Positions 9,836 to 20,523 are shown, numbered from the stretch's first letter. The stretch is DNA of 64,000 nucleotides from Treponemataceae bacterium (GCA_963678065.2 CAXXVZ010000003.1:2304001-2368000), one strand, 5' to 3'. Translations and numbers: made by a program. The notes: generated from the letters alone by a model not told the origin.

Positions 9836-10576
9836 TTATTCCTCCTTCTTTGCAGAGATGCGATATGACTCCCCTGACAGGGAGAAAATCTTTGCGTGAT
9901 GCATGAGACGATCCAACAGGGCTGCGGTCATAACCTCGTCGCCCATGAGTTCTGACCAAGAGTTCAGGTCCTTGTTGCTCGTCACGACGATAGAGGCACG
10001 TTCATAGAGATCCGAGACGAAGGTGAAAAAGAGATTGGCTTCCTTGCGCTCGATAGGAGTGTAGCCAATCTCATCAATGATCATGAGGTTGGCCTTCGCG
10101 AGCCGGCTTAGCCTGAACTGAGCGCTGCGTGCGGCGTCAGAGCGCACGAGGAGCTTCACCAGTGAGGTCATGCGCTCGTAACAAACCGAATAGCCTTTGC
10201 GTACGGCCACATGGCCAAGAGCGATTGCGAGATGGGTCTTTCCGAGTCCAGGAGGCCCGAAGAGCAGAAGGTTCTCGTGACGGTCTATCCAAGAGCACTC
10301 GGTGAGCTCAGAGAGGTCTCGTTTTCCAATTCCTGCTACTCGGCCGAGTTTGAAATCCTCGAGGCGCTTTACGACGGGAAAATGGGCCATGGCGAGGCCT
10401 CGTTTGAGGCGCCTGTCGCCGCGATCCTGTAGTTCGACGTCCACGAGGGTCTCGAGGAAGGCAAGGCATGTCAGTCCCCCGCTTTCAGCTTGTTTAAGAA
10501 GCTCAGGAAGCCGTGACGACGCGCCACGAAGCCGCAGGGACTCCAGTTTACGAGCGGATTCTGCGAGGGCGCTCAT
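9836..10576 (-). CDS. istB: IS21 helper ATPase
   Basis: GPPGLGKTHLA Walker A, IIDEIGY Walker B, LDRLMHH. Confidence 0.96.
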   Translation of the reverse strand: MSALAESARKLESLRLRGASSRLPELLKQAESGGLTCLAFLETLVDVELQDRGDRRLKRGLAMAHFPVVKRLEDFKLGRVAGIGKRDLSELTECSWIDRHENLLLFGPPGLGKTHLAIALGHVAVRKGYSVCYERMTSLVKLLVRSDAARSAQFRLSRLAKANLMIIDEIGYTPIERKEANLFFTFVSDLYERASIVVTSNKDLNSWSELMGDEVMTAALLDRLMHHAKIFSLSGESYRISAKKEE

Positions 10577-12120
10577 TCTTCGTGCCTCTGCGTATCGACG
10601 AGCGCGTCGAGGAATCGCTGATACTCGCTGACCGAGCGTGTGGCAACTAGTGGAAGGTCTCTGGTTTGATGAAGGCCGCGGTACGGCGAAGGCGCCACTG
10701 CGGGCACTGGCGTCGTGCTGTTGACCGCGTCGATGAGATCCTGGGCGCTTGCAAGTCCTCTATCCAGGCAGAACTTCAATGCAAGCACGAGTTTCTCTCT
10801 GTCGATGTTGCGCTTGAGAAGCTTCCGAAGTCGGCCAGCGTGCTCCCGGAAGTAGCGTCGATACTCGGTATAGATACCATCGACGAAGCTCCCCCACTCG
10901 GGAAGATCATCTACTGCGGCGACAAGATCCGCGCGGAGCGTTTCCTGGGATCCTTCGCGATCGCGATAGTGAGCCTTGTCCAGCACCGTTCCGCCGGGTG
11001 TTGCCGCTTCGCGATGCGCCGCGATCTGGATACCCGTCTTCGTATCGAATACCAGGATGAGTCCGTCCTTGCGCTCGATAGTGACCTCGTTGAGCCGGTA
11101 CGAGTTCGGCACCGAGTACCTGGTCGCGGCGATCGATATAAGGCTTTTCTGATCCACGTTACGGCTCTCTCGGCAGCCCGATGCGGTGTCCGCGCGGAAA
11201 ATAGACGCTCGGAGCGCCCGCAAGACGGGTTTCTCGTGCGCTTCGAAGTCCGCGAGCGGCATGAGACGCGTGGCTTGGCTCAGTTTTGCGTTCACTCGTA
11301 AGAGCCATTTGCGCATGCCTGCCTGGAGTTCGTCGAAGGTCGCGAAGCTGCGGCTCGAGAAATAGCTCGTTTTGACGTATTTGACCGCATTCTCGACCTT
11401 TCCTTTCGATTCCGGATCGGCCGCACGGCAGACACGGAGCCGCAGTCCCTGTTCTGCGACGAACTCAGCAAAGGCTTTTGTCGTCGTGAGGTCGCCAAGG
11501 TTTTCCGTCACAATCATTGTCCGGTCCTGATCCATGACGAGTTCTTCGGTGATACCGCCAAAAAACTCGAAGGCGTCCAGGAGATGGCCGATCACATCCT
11601 CGCTGGTAAAGGGCCTGGATTGGGCCGCTACGTAGCGGTAACGGCTTCGTGAGAGTACTACGACAACAAACCAAGCCTTTCCGATGTTCGTCGTCTCTAC
11701 GCCGAAATCAATCTGAGCCTGCTTGCCGTAGGCCAGAGGCTCCACAGGACGATATTCCCGACACAGGCCCACCTTAATCGCACCGGATGCCTTGAGATAC
11801 GTCAGGTAGTTCCGCAACGTACGGTCCGAGCCTGGAAGCTCTCCGTATTTCTCGCTTAAGTAGTCGTGGACGGACGATGAGTAGACCATTCTGCCTTCGT
11901 GGTTCTTTTTAAAAATCTCGAGGATTTCGTCCTTGTAGACCGAAAAAGCCTTACCGCGTTCTGCCATTCGCTCGAGATACCGTAAGAATTGGTCATTGTC
12001 CATGCGCAGGTACTTTCTCACGGTCTTGCGGTCCTTGCCAAGTTTTACCGCTAGTGCGCTGACTGTGAGTCCTTGCCTGTGCCCTGTTCGTACGATGTTG
12101 TAGTCCTTCATGGTACTCAT
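10573..12120 (-). CDS. istA: IS21 transposase
   Basis: HTH (DRKTVRKYL), QAQIDFG, LSRSRY, PESKGKVEN. Confidence 0.96.
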   Translation of the reverse strand: MSTMKDYNIVRTGHRQGLTVSALAVKLGKDRKTVRKYLRMDNDQFLRYLERMAERGKAFSVYKDEILEIFKKNHEGRMVYSSSVHDYLSEKYGELPGSDRTLRNYLTYLKASGAIKVGLCREYRPVEPLAYGKQAQIDFGVETTNIGKAWFVVVVLSRSRYRYVAAQSRPFTSEDVIGHLLDAFEFFGGITEELVMDQDRTMIVTENLGDLTTTKAFAEFVAEQGLRLRVCRAADPESKGKVENAVKYVKTSYFSSRSFATFDELQAGMRKWLLRVNAKLSQATRLMPLADFEAHEKPVLRALRASIFRADTASGCRESRNVDQKSLISIAATRYSVPNSYRLNEVTIERKDGLILVFDTKTGIQIAAHREAATPGGTVLDKAHYRDREGSQETLRADLVAAVDDLPEWGSFVDGIYTEYRRYFREHAGRLRKLLKRNIDREKLVLALKFCLDRGLASAQDLIDAVNSTTPVPAVAPSPYRGLHQTRDLPLVATRSVSEYQRFLDALVDTQRHEE

Positions 12121-12640
12121 TTCTTGTGCCGCATGCTCGCAAGCATAGCGGCCAAGGCCCCTGTGGGTGGGGAATCCTATTTGCCAACTGCTGGGGAATT
12201 CAGTTTACCATTTCCATGAAAAGGAGTATCCACCTGTGCAAGTGGTTCAACGAGTAGTTCAAAGCAACCGTAGCCCTTGAAGCAGTCAAAGAAGAGATGG
12301 CTCTCCATGAACATGCTGAGAAGTGCTAGCAGCCTGTCGGGTTGGGTGACAAGGAAAAATGGACTGACAGTGGGCAGCTGGAGTCAATTCGATGGAATGT
12401 GCTAAGAATGGGTTGGTGAATACCTTTCCGTATCCTGCATAAATCCAGAATGCTCTATTCTATGGTTTTTCCACCCTACCCACACAGAAGTCCGAAGCGC
12501 CATGGATAGTTCTCTTCCTCCAGCCGTATGCTAGCCTCAACCTCATCGATACTTCCTTTTCTATCTGAAGCTTATCCTGGGAATTGCTCCTGAATTCCAA
12601 TGGATATTGCAAAGTAAGATCTGGAATTTTCATTTGTTGA

Positions 12641-12681
12641 TTGACAAATACACAATGTTGAATTAAACTCAACATAGTTAA
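12641..12681 (+). promoter_or_regulatory. sigma70-like promoter overlapping a TCAAC-N3-GTT(A/G)A operator
   Basis: TTGACA-N17-TAAACT followed by TCAACATAGTTAA; the same motif occurs at 17339. Confidence 0.6.
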
Positions 12682-12970
12682 TTTTATGGATATCAATCAC
12701 TTCATTCTTAGCACAGGTCCGTTGGGAAAAAACCCACGTTCAGCATGACGACTGGTAGTGAAAACACGACCTTCCCGACGTTGGGCTTTTCGAATTGTAC
12801 GGAGCGAGAAACATTATCGTGCCTGACGCTTTTGATTTCAGGCCGGAGACAAACAGGGAGATAGACGTCGATTTTTTGCCAATTTGTGCGCGGCTGGATT
12901 AGTCGACTGTATCAGGAAAGGCAAATGCTGAAGGCACATTTCGAAATGCTGATTTCAGATATTCAGGAGC

Positions 12971-13813
12971 ATGCGGATGACACTAAAAGAAAACTCAATG
13001 AGACTGAACGAGAAAGCACTTCAGCTGCGTCGAGATCTTCTTGAGATGATCGGCGTCGGAAAGGCGGGGCACTTGGGCGGATCGAGTTCGCTCGCAGAGA
13101 CGATAGCAGTGCTGTATTTCAATGAGATGAGACTGGATCCGGTGAATCCTTTCTGGGAAGGACGCGACAGGCTGGTCTTGAGCAAGGGACACGCCGCACT
13201 CATACAGTACGCTGCGTTGTGCGAGCTCGGATATTTCCCGCGTGAGGAACTAAAAAAGGTCAAATCGATCAGCGGGCTTCTACAGGGGCATCCCGATCTG
13301 AGCATACCGGGCATCGAAGCGGTTACGGGGTCGCTTGGTCAGGGACTCTCGATCGGACTCGGCATGGCGCTTGCCTTCCGGCTCGACAAAAGGGACAACC
13401 GCGTCTATGTGATCATGGGTGACGGTGAACAGTCAGAGGGTCAGCTATGGGAAGCCGCTATCGCAGTACCCAATTTCAAGGTCGATAATCTGACTGCCTT
13501 CATAGACTGGAACAAGATTCAGGCGACAGGCCCAACGAAGGAAATGCTAGATATCCCGAATCTCGACAAAAAATGGGCAGCGTTCGGGTGGGAGGTCATC
13601 ACGGTGGATGGGCACGATGTATTGGCGATCATCGACGCGATCGAATGCGCTAAAAAGGTAAAAGGCAAGCCGACCCTGATAATCCTGGATACGGTCAAGG
13701 GCAAGTGCTTCTCCTTCGCTGAAGGCAACGCCGCCTACCACAACGGAATCCTTGACGATGCGAAGTACGCCCAGGCGTGCAGGGATCTCGACGACCTTGA
13801 GAAGGGACTGTGA
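12971..13813 (+). CDS. Transketolase N-terminal (TPP-binding) subunit
   Basis: GHLGG, RDRLVLSKGH, LQGHP, GSLGQG, GDGE..EGQLWEA. Confidence 0.95.
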   Translation: MRMTLKENSMRLNEKALQLRRDLLEMIGVGKAGHLGGSSSLAETIAVLYFNEMRLDPVNPFWEGRDRLVLSKGHAALIQYAALCELGYFPREELKKVKSISGLLQGHPDLSIPGIEAVTGSLGQGLSIGLGMALAFRLDKRDNRVYVIMGDGEQSEGQLWEAAIAVPNFKVDNLTAFIDWNKIQATGPTKEMLDIPNLDKKWAAFGWEVITVDGHDVLAIIDAIECAKKVKGKPTLIILDTVKGKCFSFAEGNAAYHNGILDDAKYAQACRDLDDLEKGL

Positions 13814-13815
13814 TC

Positions 13816-14763
13816 ATGGAAAAACTGAACCTCAGAAAAGCATATGGCGAGGCTCTGGTGGAAGAGGGCCGGAAAAATTCCGATATCGTGGCTCTGGAAG
13901 CCGATCTCGGCAAGTCGACGATGTCGTTCATGTTCAAGGAAGCTTTTCCCGAGCGGTATTTCGAGATGGGAATAGCCGAACAGAATATGACTTCGACCGC
14001 TGCGGGTCTGGCGCTGGCCGGAAAGATTCCCTTCATCAGTACATTCGCTGTTTTCGCGGCAGGCCGGGCCTACGACCAGATCCGCTGCTCCGTGGCAATA
14101 CCGAAAGCGAATGTAAAGATATGCGGCTCAAGTTGCGGTCTCTCCGATTTCGGCGACGGCAAGACACACCAATCAGTTGAGGACGGCAATATTATTAAAG
14201 CCATCCCGCACATGATCGTGCTCAACCCTGTTGACGCTGTTGAGACGAAAAAGATGGTCACCGCGATGGCCGCGTACAAGGGGCCAGTCTACATCCGCAT
14301 AAACCGCAATGATCTTCCCGTGTACACGCCCGCCGATCGTGGGTACGGGATCGGGAAGATGTACACTGTGCGTGAAGGTTCCGATGTCGTCATTTTTGCG
14401 ACGGGTGCAATGGTGTGGAAATCGATGGAAGCAGCGGCGATGCTTGAAACCTCGGGCGTTTCAGTCGAGGTCGTGAATGTGAGCACGCTCAAGCCGCTGA
14501 TCAGAAGTGAAGTCTTTGCCCACCTTGGCGGGAAAAAGGGGATCGTCACCGCTGAGGAAGCCAACCGCATCGGTGGGCTCGGGAGTGCCATCGCGGGGCT
14601 TTTAATGGGCGAGGTCAACCTTCCATTCCGGCAGATTGCGATCGACGACGAGTTCGGAACCTCTGCCCACAACTACGAAGAATTGCTCGAAAAGTATGGT
14701 CTGACGGAAAACGACATTGCAGCTGCCGTACGCGCCGTGCTCGGGAAAGAGGAGCGATCATGA
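13816..14763 (+). CDS. Transketolase C-terminal subunit
   Basis: GIAEQNM, RAYDQIR, DGKTHQ, GGLGSA. Confidence 0.95.
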   Translation: MEKLNLRKAYGEALVEEGRKNSDIVALEADLGKSTMSFMFKEAFPERYFEMGIAEQNMTSTAAGLALAGKIPFISTFAVFAAGRAYDQIRCSVAIPKANVKICGSSCGLSDFGDGKTHQSVEDGNIIKAIPHMIVLNPVDAVETKKMVTAMAAYKGPVYIRINRNDLPVYTPADRGYGIGKMYTVREGSDVVIFATGAMVWKSMEAAAMLETSGVSVEVVNVSTLKPLIRSEVFAHLGGKKGIVTAEEANRIGGLGSAIAGLLMGEVNLPFRQIAIDDEFGTSAHNYEELLEKYGLTENDIAAAVRAVLGKEERS

Positions 14764-15647
14764 AAATCGGATTCATCGGACTCGGCATCATGGGTCGGCC
14801 TATGGCCAAAAACCTCATAAAGGCAGGATATAGCCTGACAGTGTACGACAAGTATGCCAAGGCCGACGATCTCGTGGCACTTGGGGCGATGGCAGGGATA
14901 TCTAACCGCGATGTCGCCTCCCAAAGCGACGTCATAATTACGATGCTGCCCAACTCACCGCACGTGAAAGAGGCGATACTGGGCCCCGAAGGCGTGCTCG
15001 AAGGCGCGAAAGAGGGCGTCATTGTCGTTGACATGAGTTCCATTGCGCCGGCCGCCTCGCAGGAGGTCTGCGCCGAGCTTGCCAAAAAAGGTATCGCCAT
15101 GCTGGATGCACCGGTATCAGGCGGCGAACCTAAAGCCATCGACGGAACCCTTGCCATCATGGTCGGCGGAGACACCGAGATTTTCGCGACAGTAAGGCCG
15201 ATCCTCGAGAAACTGGGCACCTCCGTGACACTGGTCGGACCGATCGGCGCGGGGAATGTAACCAAGCTTGCCAACCAGATCATCGTCGCGCTCAACATCG
15301 CCGCAGTATCAGAGGCCCTCGTACTGGCCACCAAAGCTGGCATGGATCCCGAGTCGGTATTCAATGCCATCAAAGGCGGACTGGCTGGGAGTACCGTGAT
15401 GAACGCCAAGGTGCCGATGATGCTCGACGGCAACTTCAAGCCTGGATTCCGAATCGAACTGCACATCAAGGACCTGACCAACGCCCTCGACACGGCCCAC
15501 GCCCTTGGCGTACCGGTGCCGCTCACGGCGGGCGTTATGGAAATCCTGCAGGGTCTCAAGACGGACGGCGAAGGCGCTTCGGATCACAGCGCGATCCTGC
15601 GGCACTACGAGAAGCTCGCGAAGATCGAAGTGCGGAAAAGGGAGTAA
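14760..15647 (+). CDS. garR: 2-hydroxy-3-oxopropionate (tartronate semialdehyde) reductase
   Basis: KIGFIGLGIMGRPMAKNL, DAPVSGGEPKAIDGTL, KLANQ, FKPGFRIELHIKDL. Confidence 0.88.
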   Translation: MKIGFIGLGIMGRPMAKNLIKAGYSLTVYDKYAKADDLVALGAMAGISNRDVASQSDVIITMLPNSPHVKEAILGPEGVLEGAKEGVIVVDMSSIAPAASQEVCAELAKKGIAMLDAPVSGGEPKAIDGTLAIMVGGDTEIFATVRPILEKLGTSVTLVGPIGAGNVTKLANQIIVALNIAAVSEALVLATKAGMDPESVFNAIKGGLAGSTVMNAKVPMMLDGNFKPGFRIELHIKDLTNALDTAHALGVPVPLTAGVMEILQGLKTDGEGASDHSAILRHYEKLAKIEVRKRE

Positions 15648-15916
15648 AAGTTCCTTTGGTTTTCCTGAATCTGTTCGGAACTGTCATGCCGATTCGACTG
15701 TATGAACCGGTTGTTTTCATCGAAAGCTTCATTCTGTTTCATGTTCCTGATTGTTCTGCATATTGAGTATTTCTCGAAGCCACTGGTATTTGTTGACAAA
15801 CATAAACGGTTGATCCGAGTCGGCATGGTTGAAGTGCTTGATCTTTACTATGTGTATCGATGGATTGAATGGAGAAATGGCAGAAACGTCAACTAAGGAG
15901 CGAGGAGACAGTATCC

Positions 15917-16150
15917 ATGAGAGCAAGCATCAACATCGATGAGGATTTCATTATCAACGCAACCGATCGAGGACTGTTCGGTTTCTTCATCGAACACTCT
16001 GGTCGGTCTGGCTACGGAGGAAGCGAAAAACCAGGCCAACCGGCTGCAAACATCTAGGGATTCCGGACCGATGTCATTGAGTTTATCATCAACATGGATA
16101 TTTCTCTCGCCCGTTACCCTGGCGCCAACTTTGTCTCCGCCTTCAATTTG
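15917..16150 (+). pseudogene. GH51 alpha-L-arabinofuranosidase N-terminal remnant
   Basis: DRGLFGFFIEHSGR..YGG...*GFRTDV...RYPGANFVSAFN; in-frame stop and truncation. Confidence 0.75.
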
Positions 16151-16385
16151 GTGGTTTCGGCAGCTTCAAAACACTCAAGCATGTTCATGTTGTGCTGCAC
16201 CGCGACGACATCAAGGCTGTAAACAGCGAGGCGATGCCGGGTGTTGTCGAGCCGTCAAGCTCGGTCAGGACGCACGCGAAGGCTGGCCCCGCAAGTATGC
16301 AGGCCGGCCCTTTGTCCTGGAATGTCTGGTGCCTGATTTGATTGCCGGCAACAAAAACCTGTACCACAGTAATAAGGGGACTTCC

Positions 16386-17243
16386 ATGAACACTATTGAT
16401 ATTGTCGGCGAATTGTCGTGTGGGTTAGGAAATACGCGAGGGGAGGTTGGCTGCTGCCTGAACATGCTCGGAACCGGACTAGGTCTTGAAGCTCTTGATT
16501 CGATAGCCGGGGCGGGGCTCGACTATCTTGAGCTTTCTCTACGGGACTTGGTTGCCCTTGGGAAACAGGTGGCCCCGATGATTGTAAGTTTGGAATCGAT
16601 CGGTCTTCCCTGTCGGAGTTGCAATAACCTTTTCCCGGGCAGCATACACCTTCTTGGGAGTATGTTCGACGAGTCGATATTCCGTTTGTATCTGGAACGT
16701 GCTTTTGACGCTGCGGCCGCTTCGGGTGCCCGGGTTGTCGTTTTCGGCTCGGGAGAGGCTCGACATGCCGGTGGCAGGCTTGAGGCGGATTGGTTACCGG
16801 AACTCGCAGATCGTCTTCATGCAATTGCGGGTATGGCGGCTCAATACGGAATTCTCGTGGCGATCGAACCATTGAATTATGGTGAGTGTGATACCGTGAA
16901 CAACCTTAACCAGGCCAAGAGTTTGGCTGCACTTGCCGGATGTGCGAATGTCGGCCTCCTCGTTGACAGTTATCACATGCTTCTGGAAGGAGAATCCCCT
17001 GGAGATGCAGCCAATTATGGACCTAGTGTCGTACACGTGCACCTCTCGGCGGGCAGAGAGCGAAGGATGCCGAGAGGCAATGACTCCTTCCCTTCAGCCG
17101 TACTTTCTGCATTGTTTTCGGTCGGCTACCATGGGCGGGTCAGCATTGAAGCCTTGTCCCGGGACCCATTCGAAGAGGTCGCCGAAGCGGTAAAATTCAT
17201 CCGTGCCATCAGCGCGCGTGTCGAGCAGGATGTTAACGGATAA
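16386..17243 (+). CDS. Sugar phosphate isomerase/epimerase (xylose-isomerase-like TIM barrel)
   Basis: GLDYLEL, VVFGSG, AIEPLN..E, LLVDSYHM, HVH, RVSIE. Confidence 0.85.
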   Translation: MNTIDIVGELSCGLGNTRGEVGCCLNMLGTGLGLEALDSIAGAGLDYLELSLRDLVALGKQVAPMIVSLESIGLPCRSCNNLFPGSIHLLGSMFDESIFRLYLERAFDAAAASGARVVVFGSGEARHAGGRLEADWLPELADRLHAIAGMAAQYGILVAIEPLNYGECDTVNNLNQAKSLAALAGCANVGLLVDSYHMLLEGESPGDAANYGPSVVHVHLSAGRERRMPRGNDSFPSAVLSALFSVGYHGRVSIEALSRDPFEEVAEAVKFIRAISARVEQDVNG

Positions 17244-17330
17244 AAATCCATGAACCGTCTGTGGAGGAATGCCTTTCGGCACCTCGCAGCATAGGAAGGA
17301 GAAATAGAGGAATAGGGGAAATGATTTTTA

Positions 17331-17359
17331 TTGACAGTTCAACATAGTTGATCTATGGT
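17331..17359 (+). promoter_or_regulatory. sigma70-like promoter with a palindromic operator in the spacer
   Basis: TTGACA-N17-TATGGT; TCAACATAGTTGA at 17339-17351. Confidence 0.65.
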
Positions 17360-17422
17360 TAACTTGGTTACAGGTATTTGTCAAATACCGTTATTGATTT
17401 CATGTTTCACAAGGAGAAAGCC

Positions 17423-18676
17423 ATGCGTGCACCAACTATCGCGTTCATGATGATCGTGATCGCGACGACCTCCATCGTTCCGGTTGGAAGCCAGACGCCG
17501 AAGGGAAAAATCGTGGCGATGATCGGAGGCGATACTGCGGCGTACACCGAAATCATCAATCGGTTCACCGCAAAGTACCCAGGCACCTCGGTCGAGTTGC
17601 TGCCGGCTCCCGCCACCTCTGCCATCCGCAGGGAAAAATACGTGACGATGTTCGCCGCGAAGGACAAATCTATGGATGTCCTCCTGACGAACTGCATCGA
17701 TACCAGCGAATTCGCCTCCGCAGGTTGGACGATGCCTCTCGATAATGTGATCGATATGAAAATCCTCCGCGACACCTACTACCCTGCGAACATCGACTCG
17801 GGGACATGGAACGGAAAGCTCTACGCCCTGCCGCATACGGCCGATGCTCTCCATCTTTATTATAGAAAGGATCTCCTCGACCAAGCGGGTCTCGCTCCGC
17901 CCACCACCTGGGATGACCTCGTAAAGATTTCGGAAAAGCTGAAAGGTGTCGTTCCCTACGGACTTGTTTCGTCCTGGGAGAAGGGCAACCAGTTCATGTG
18001 CCAGTTCCTCCTCTACGCGGCCGGAAACGGTGGAAGCATCCTGTCAAAGGACGGAAATACCGTGACGCTCGATAGCCCGGAGAACGAGAAAGCCCTGCAG
18101 CTGATGACGGACATGATCCACAAGTACGGCATCGCGCCGCTCGACAACCTGAGCCTCACCGTCGATGATGGTCGCATCATCTTCAACCAAGGCAAAGCGA
18201 TATTCAACGTCAACTGGGACTACGCGTGGGGACAATACCAATCCGCCAATAGCGTGGTCAAGGACAAGGTCGGGATGGCCCCGATGCCGGTATTCCCCGG
18301 TAAGGCTCCTTCCAGCGTTTTGGGTGGCTGGGGACTTTCCGTCAATAACTACTCCGCGAACAAAGCCACTGCTGTCGCCTTCATAAGCTTCCTCTCCGAT
18401 ACCGAGAGCATCAGGTACCTGTTAAAAAACACCTCGCAGAGTTTCTCAAACAAGAAGATCATGTCCGAGCCTGCCTACCTCTCGTTCAACTCGGTCTTCA
18501 CAGGAGCCCTCTCCAGGGATTACGGCACAACAGTGAGCCGGCCCGTGACTCCTCGGCTCGCCGAGATCGTCGATGCGTTCAATCAGTACCTAATGCCTGC
18601 CGTCTACAACAAAGCGACCGTAAAAGATTCCCTGAAAAGCGCGGCCAACAGGATCAAGACGGTAATCACAGACTAA
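17423..18676 (+). CDS. Sugar ABC transporter substrate-binding protein
   Basis: Signal peptide, GKLYALP, LYYRKDLL, PPTTWDDL, LGGWGLSVN. Confidence 0.92.
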   Translation: MRAPTIAFMMIVIATTSIVPVGSQTPKGKIVAMIGGDTAAYTEIINRFTAKYPGTSVELLPAPATSAIRREKYVTMFAAKDKSMDVLLTNCIDTSEFASAGWTMPLDNVIDMKILRDTYYPANIDSGTWNGKLYALPHTADALHLYYRKDLLDQAGLAPPTTWDDLVKISEKLKGVVPYGLVSSWEKGNQFMCQFLLYAAGNGGSILSKDGNTVTLDSPENEKALQLMTDMIHKYGIAPLDNLSLTVDDGRIIFNQGKAIFNVNWDYAWGQYQSANSVVKDKVGMAPMPVFPGKAPSSVLGGWGLSVNNYSANKATAVAFISFLSDTESIRYLLKNTSQSFSNKKIMSEPAYLSFNSVFTGALSRDYGTTVSRPVTPRLAEIVDAFNQYLMPAVYNKATVKDSLKSAANRIKTVITD

Positions 18677-18697
18677 AAATCTTGCAAAGATGAATGA

Positions 18698-18727
18698 AAG
18701 GGAGACGGATAGATATCCGTCTCCCCT
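18698..18727 (+). terminator. Intergenic stem-loop after the binding-protein gene
   Basis: GGGAGACGGATA-ga-TATCCGTCTCCC perfect hairpin. Confidence 0.6.
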
Positions 18728-18742
18728 CTATGGAGGCTGTCT

Positions 18743-19684
18743 ATGGCGAGAGTTTTACATCGAGCGATCCGCCCGCGGTATCGAGTCAGCACGGTGGATC
18801 GGTCGCGGGTACGTTTCGGCTATATCCTGCTTGTGCCCTCCCTGATTTGCATCATTCTGGTTATAGTCATCCCGATCCTGAATACCCTCAAAATGAGCCT
18901 CTACTCGATGCGGCTCAACCAGCCAGCAGCGGCCAAATTCGTCGGTCTCCGCAATTTCGTCCAGATCACCCAGGACCAGAGGTTCGTGAACTCGGTGTGG
19001 ACGACACTCGTCTTCATCGTGGGGACAACCACCGGGATCATCACCTTAGGTCTCGGCATCGCCCTGATCATGAACCTCAAATTCCCAGGAAGAGGAATAG
19101 TACGCAGCGCCCTCCTCATACCTTGGGTAATGCCGAGAATCATCGTGGCCAAGATCTGGGCTTGGATTTTCAATGGCATCTTTGGAATCGCCAATTCGGT
19201 CCTCTTGGGCTTGGGCATCATCGGTGCGAATATATCTTGGCTCAATATGAAGCCTCACGCGATGGTAGCGGTCCAGATCGCCTACATCTGGGCCAGCACC
19301 CCTTTTGCTGGCCTACTCCTCCTCGCCGGCCTCCAGTCGATCGACCAGGAGCTCTATGAGGCCGCCAAGATCGACGGAGCCTCAGCCTGGCAGAGATTCG
19401 CGAGGATCACGCTCCCCTGCCTCCGTCCGACCCTTGGCATCACCATGATCTTCACCCTGCTCGGCGCCTTCAAGAGTTTCGACCTCATCTTCGGCATGAC
19501 CTTGGGCGGTCCCATGGAATCGACCGAAACCATGATGCAGTATGCCTACAGCAACCTTTTCGCCTTCCTCCGCTTCGGGTATGGTTCGTCGATCGTGGTG
19601 ATGATCGTCCTGCTCACTTTCGGCGTTTCGGTGCTTTTCGTAAAAGGCTTCAAAATCGACCTCGGGGGAGGGTCCCGGGTATGA
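18743..19684 (+). CDS. Sugar ABC transporter permease
   Basis: FVGLRNF; EAA loop LYEAAKIDGAS.WQRF. Confidence 0.93.
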   Translation: MARVLHRAIRPRYRVSTVDRSRVRFGYILLVPSLICIILVIVIPILNTLKMSLYSMRLNQPAAAKFVGLRNFVQITQDQRFVNSVWTTLVFIVGTTTGIITLGLGIALIMNLKFPGRGIVRSALLIPWVMPRIIVAKIWAWIFNGIFGIANSVLLGLGIIGANISWLNMKPHAMVAVQIAYIWASTPFAGLLLLAGLQSIDQELYEAAKIDGASAWQRFARITLPCLRPTLGITMIFTLLGAFKSFDLIFGMTLGGPMESTETMMQYAYSNLFAFLRFGYGSSIVVMIVLLTFGVSVLFVKGFKIDLGGGSRV

Positions 19685-20523
19685 TCAAGGCGAAAACAAG
19701 AAAACTGATAAAGTTCATAGCAGCGGCCATCCTCGGCCTGATCCTTGTCAGCATCGTCATCTTTCCTTTTTACTGGCTGGTAGTGACCTCGATCAAGAAC
19801 GCCGACGAAATATCCCTGATCCCTCCAAACCTCTGGCCGAAATCCTTCCACCTCGGCAACTACATCAAGATCTTCACCAACTATCACATGCTGGATTTCA
19901 CCAAGAACAGCCTGGTAGTGGCGATCATCTCCACTGCAGTGTGCAGCATCATAGGGGCCTTTGCAGCCTACCCCCTTGCGCGGTTCCCCATCAGATTCAA
20001 GCGGACAATCATGTTCTTCATCCTTTCCGTGTCCATGTTCCCGAGCATGGCGGTCTTGGGTCCACTCTTCCTGTCGATGCGCGATATGGGCTTGATCAAC
20101 ACGGCTGGCGGACTGATCCTTCCGTACACCAGCTTTCTCCTTCCCATCACCGTATGGGTGCTCACCAATTTTTTCCGGGAAATACCACTGTCCCTGGAGG
20201 ATGCCGCGGCGATCGACGGCTGCACTCCTTTTCAGGTGTTCCTCCACATAATGGTTCCGCTCGCCATCCCTGGAGTATCGACGATGGTGATTCTCAATTT
20301 CATTTCTTCGTGGAATGAGTTCCTCATCGCCTATACGATTACGAAAACCTCGATATCGCAGACGCTTCCGATCGGAATCGTGATGATTCAAGGTGAGTAT
20401 GAATTCCCCTGGGGATACATATCGGCTGCTTCTGTGGTCGCCACGGTTCCCCTGATCATCGTCGTATTGGTTCTTCAAAGAAAGGTAATTGCGGGCCTGA
20501 CCGCAGGTGCGATAAAAGGCTGA
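19681..20523 (+). CDS. Sugar ABC transporter permease
   Basis: LEDAAAIDGC, SWNEF, GLTAGAIKG. Confidence 0.93.
   Translation: MIKAKTRKLIKFIAAAILGLILVSIVIFPFYWLVVTSIKNADEISLIPPNLWPKSFHLGNYIKIFTNYHMLDFTKNSLVVAIISTAVCSIIGAFAAYPLARFPIRFKRTIMFFILSVSMFPSMAVLGPLFLSMRDMGLINTAGGLILPYTSFLLPITVWVLTNFFREIPLSLEDAAAIDGCTPFQVFLHIMVPLAIPGVSTMVILNFISSWNEFLIAYTITKTSISQTLPIGIVMIQGEYEFPWGYISAASVVATVPLIIVVLVLQRKVIAGLTAGAIKG

Larger units (their letters stand above)
9775..12216 (-). mobile_element. IS21-family insertion sequence, complete
   Basis: TG...CA ends with imperfect IRs (TGGAAATGGCAAGTAG / TGGAAATGGTAAACTG), internal TTCCCCA repeats, 7-bp target duplication TGAAAAG (9768-9774, 12217-12223). Confidence 0.95.
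9714..12330 (+). pseudogene. IS3-family left end and orfA remnant, interrupted by IS21
   Basis: TGCTGCGCCCACGAGTTGGACCA resembles an IS3 terminus; after the IS21, the sequence reads FKATVALEAVKEE (IS3 OrfA-like HTH). Confidence 0.55.

Noticed and set aside
12330..12960. Riboswitch or ncRNA upstream of the transketolase
   Set aside because: Only weak inverted repeats and probable IS debris; no recognisable family
15939..16385. Long N-terminus of the 434-aa ORF
   Set aside because: Reads through GH51 pseudogene debris in another frame; the epimerase domain starts near 16386 or later
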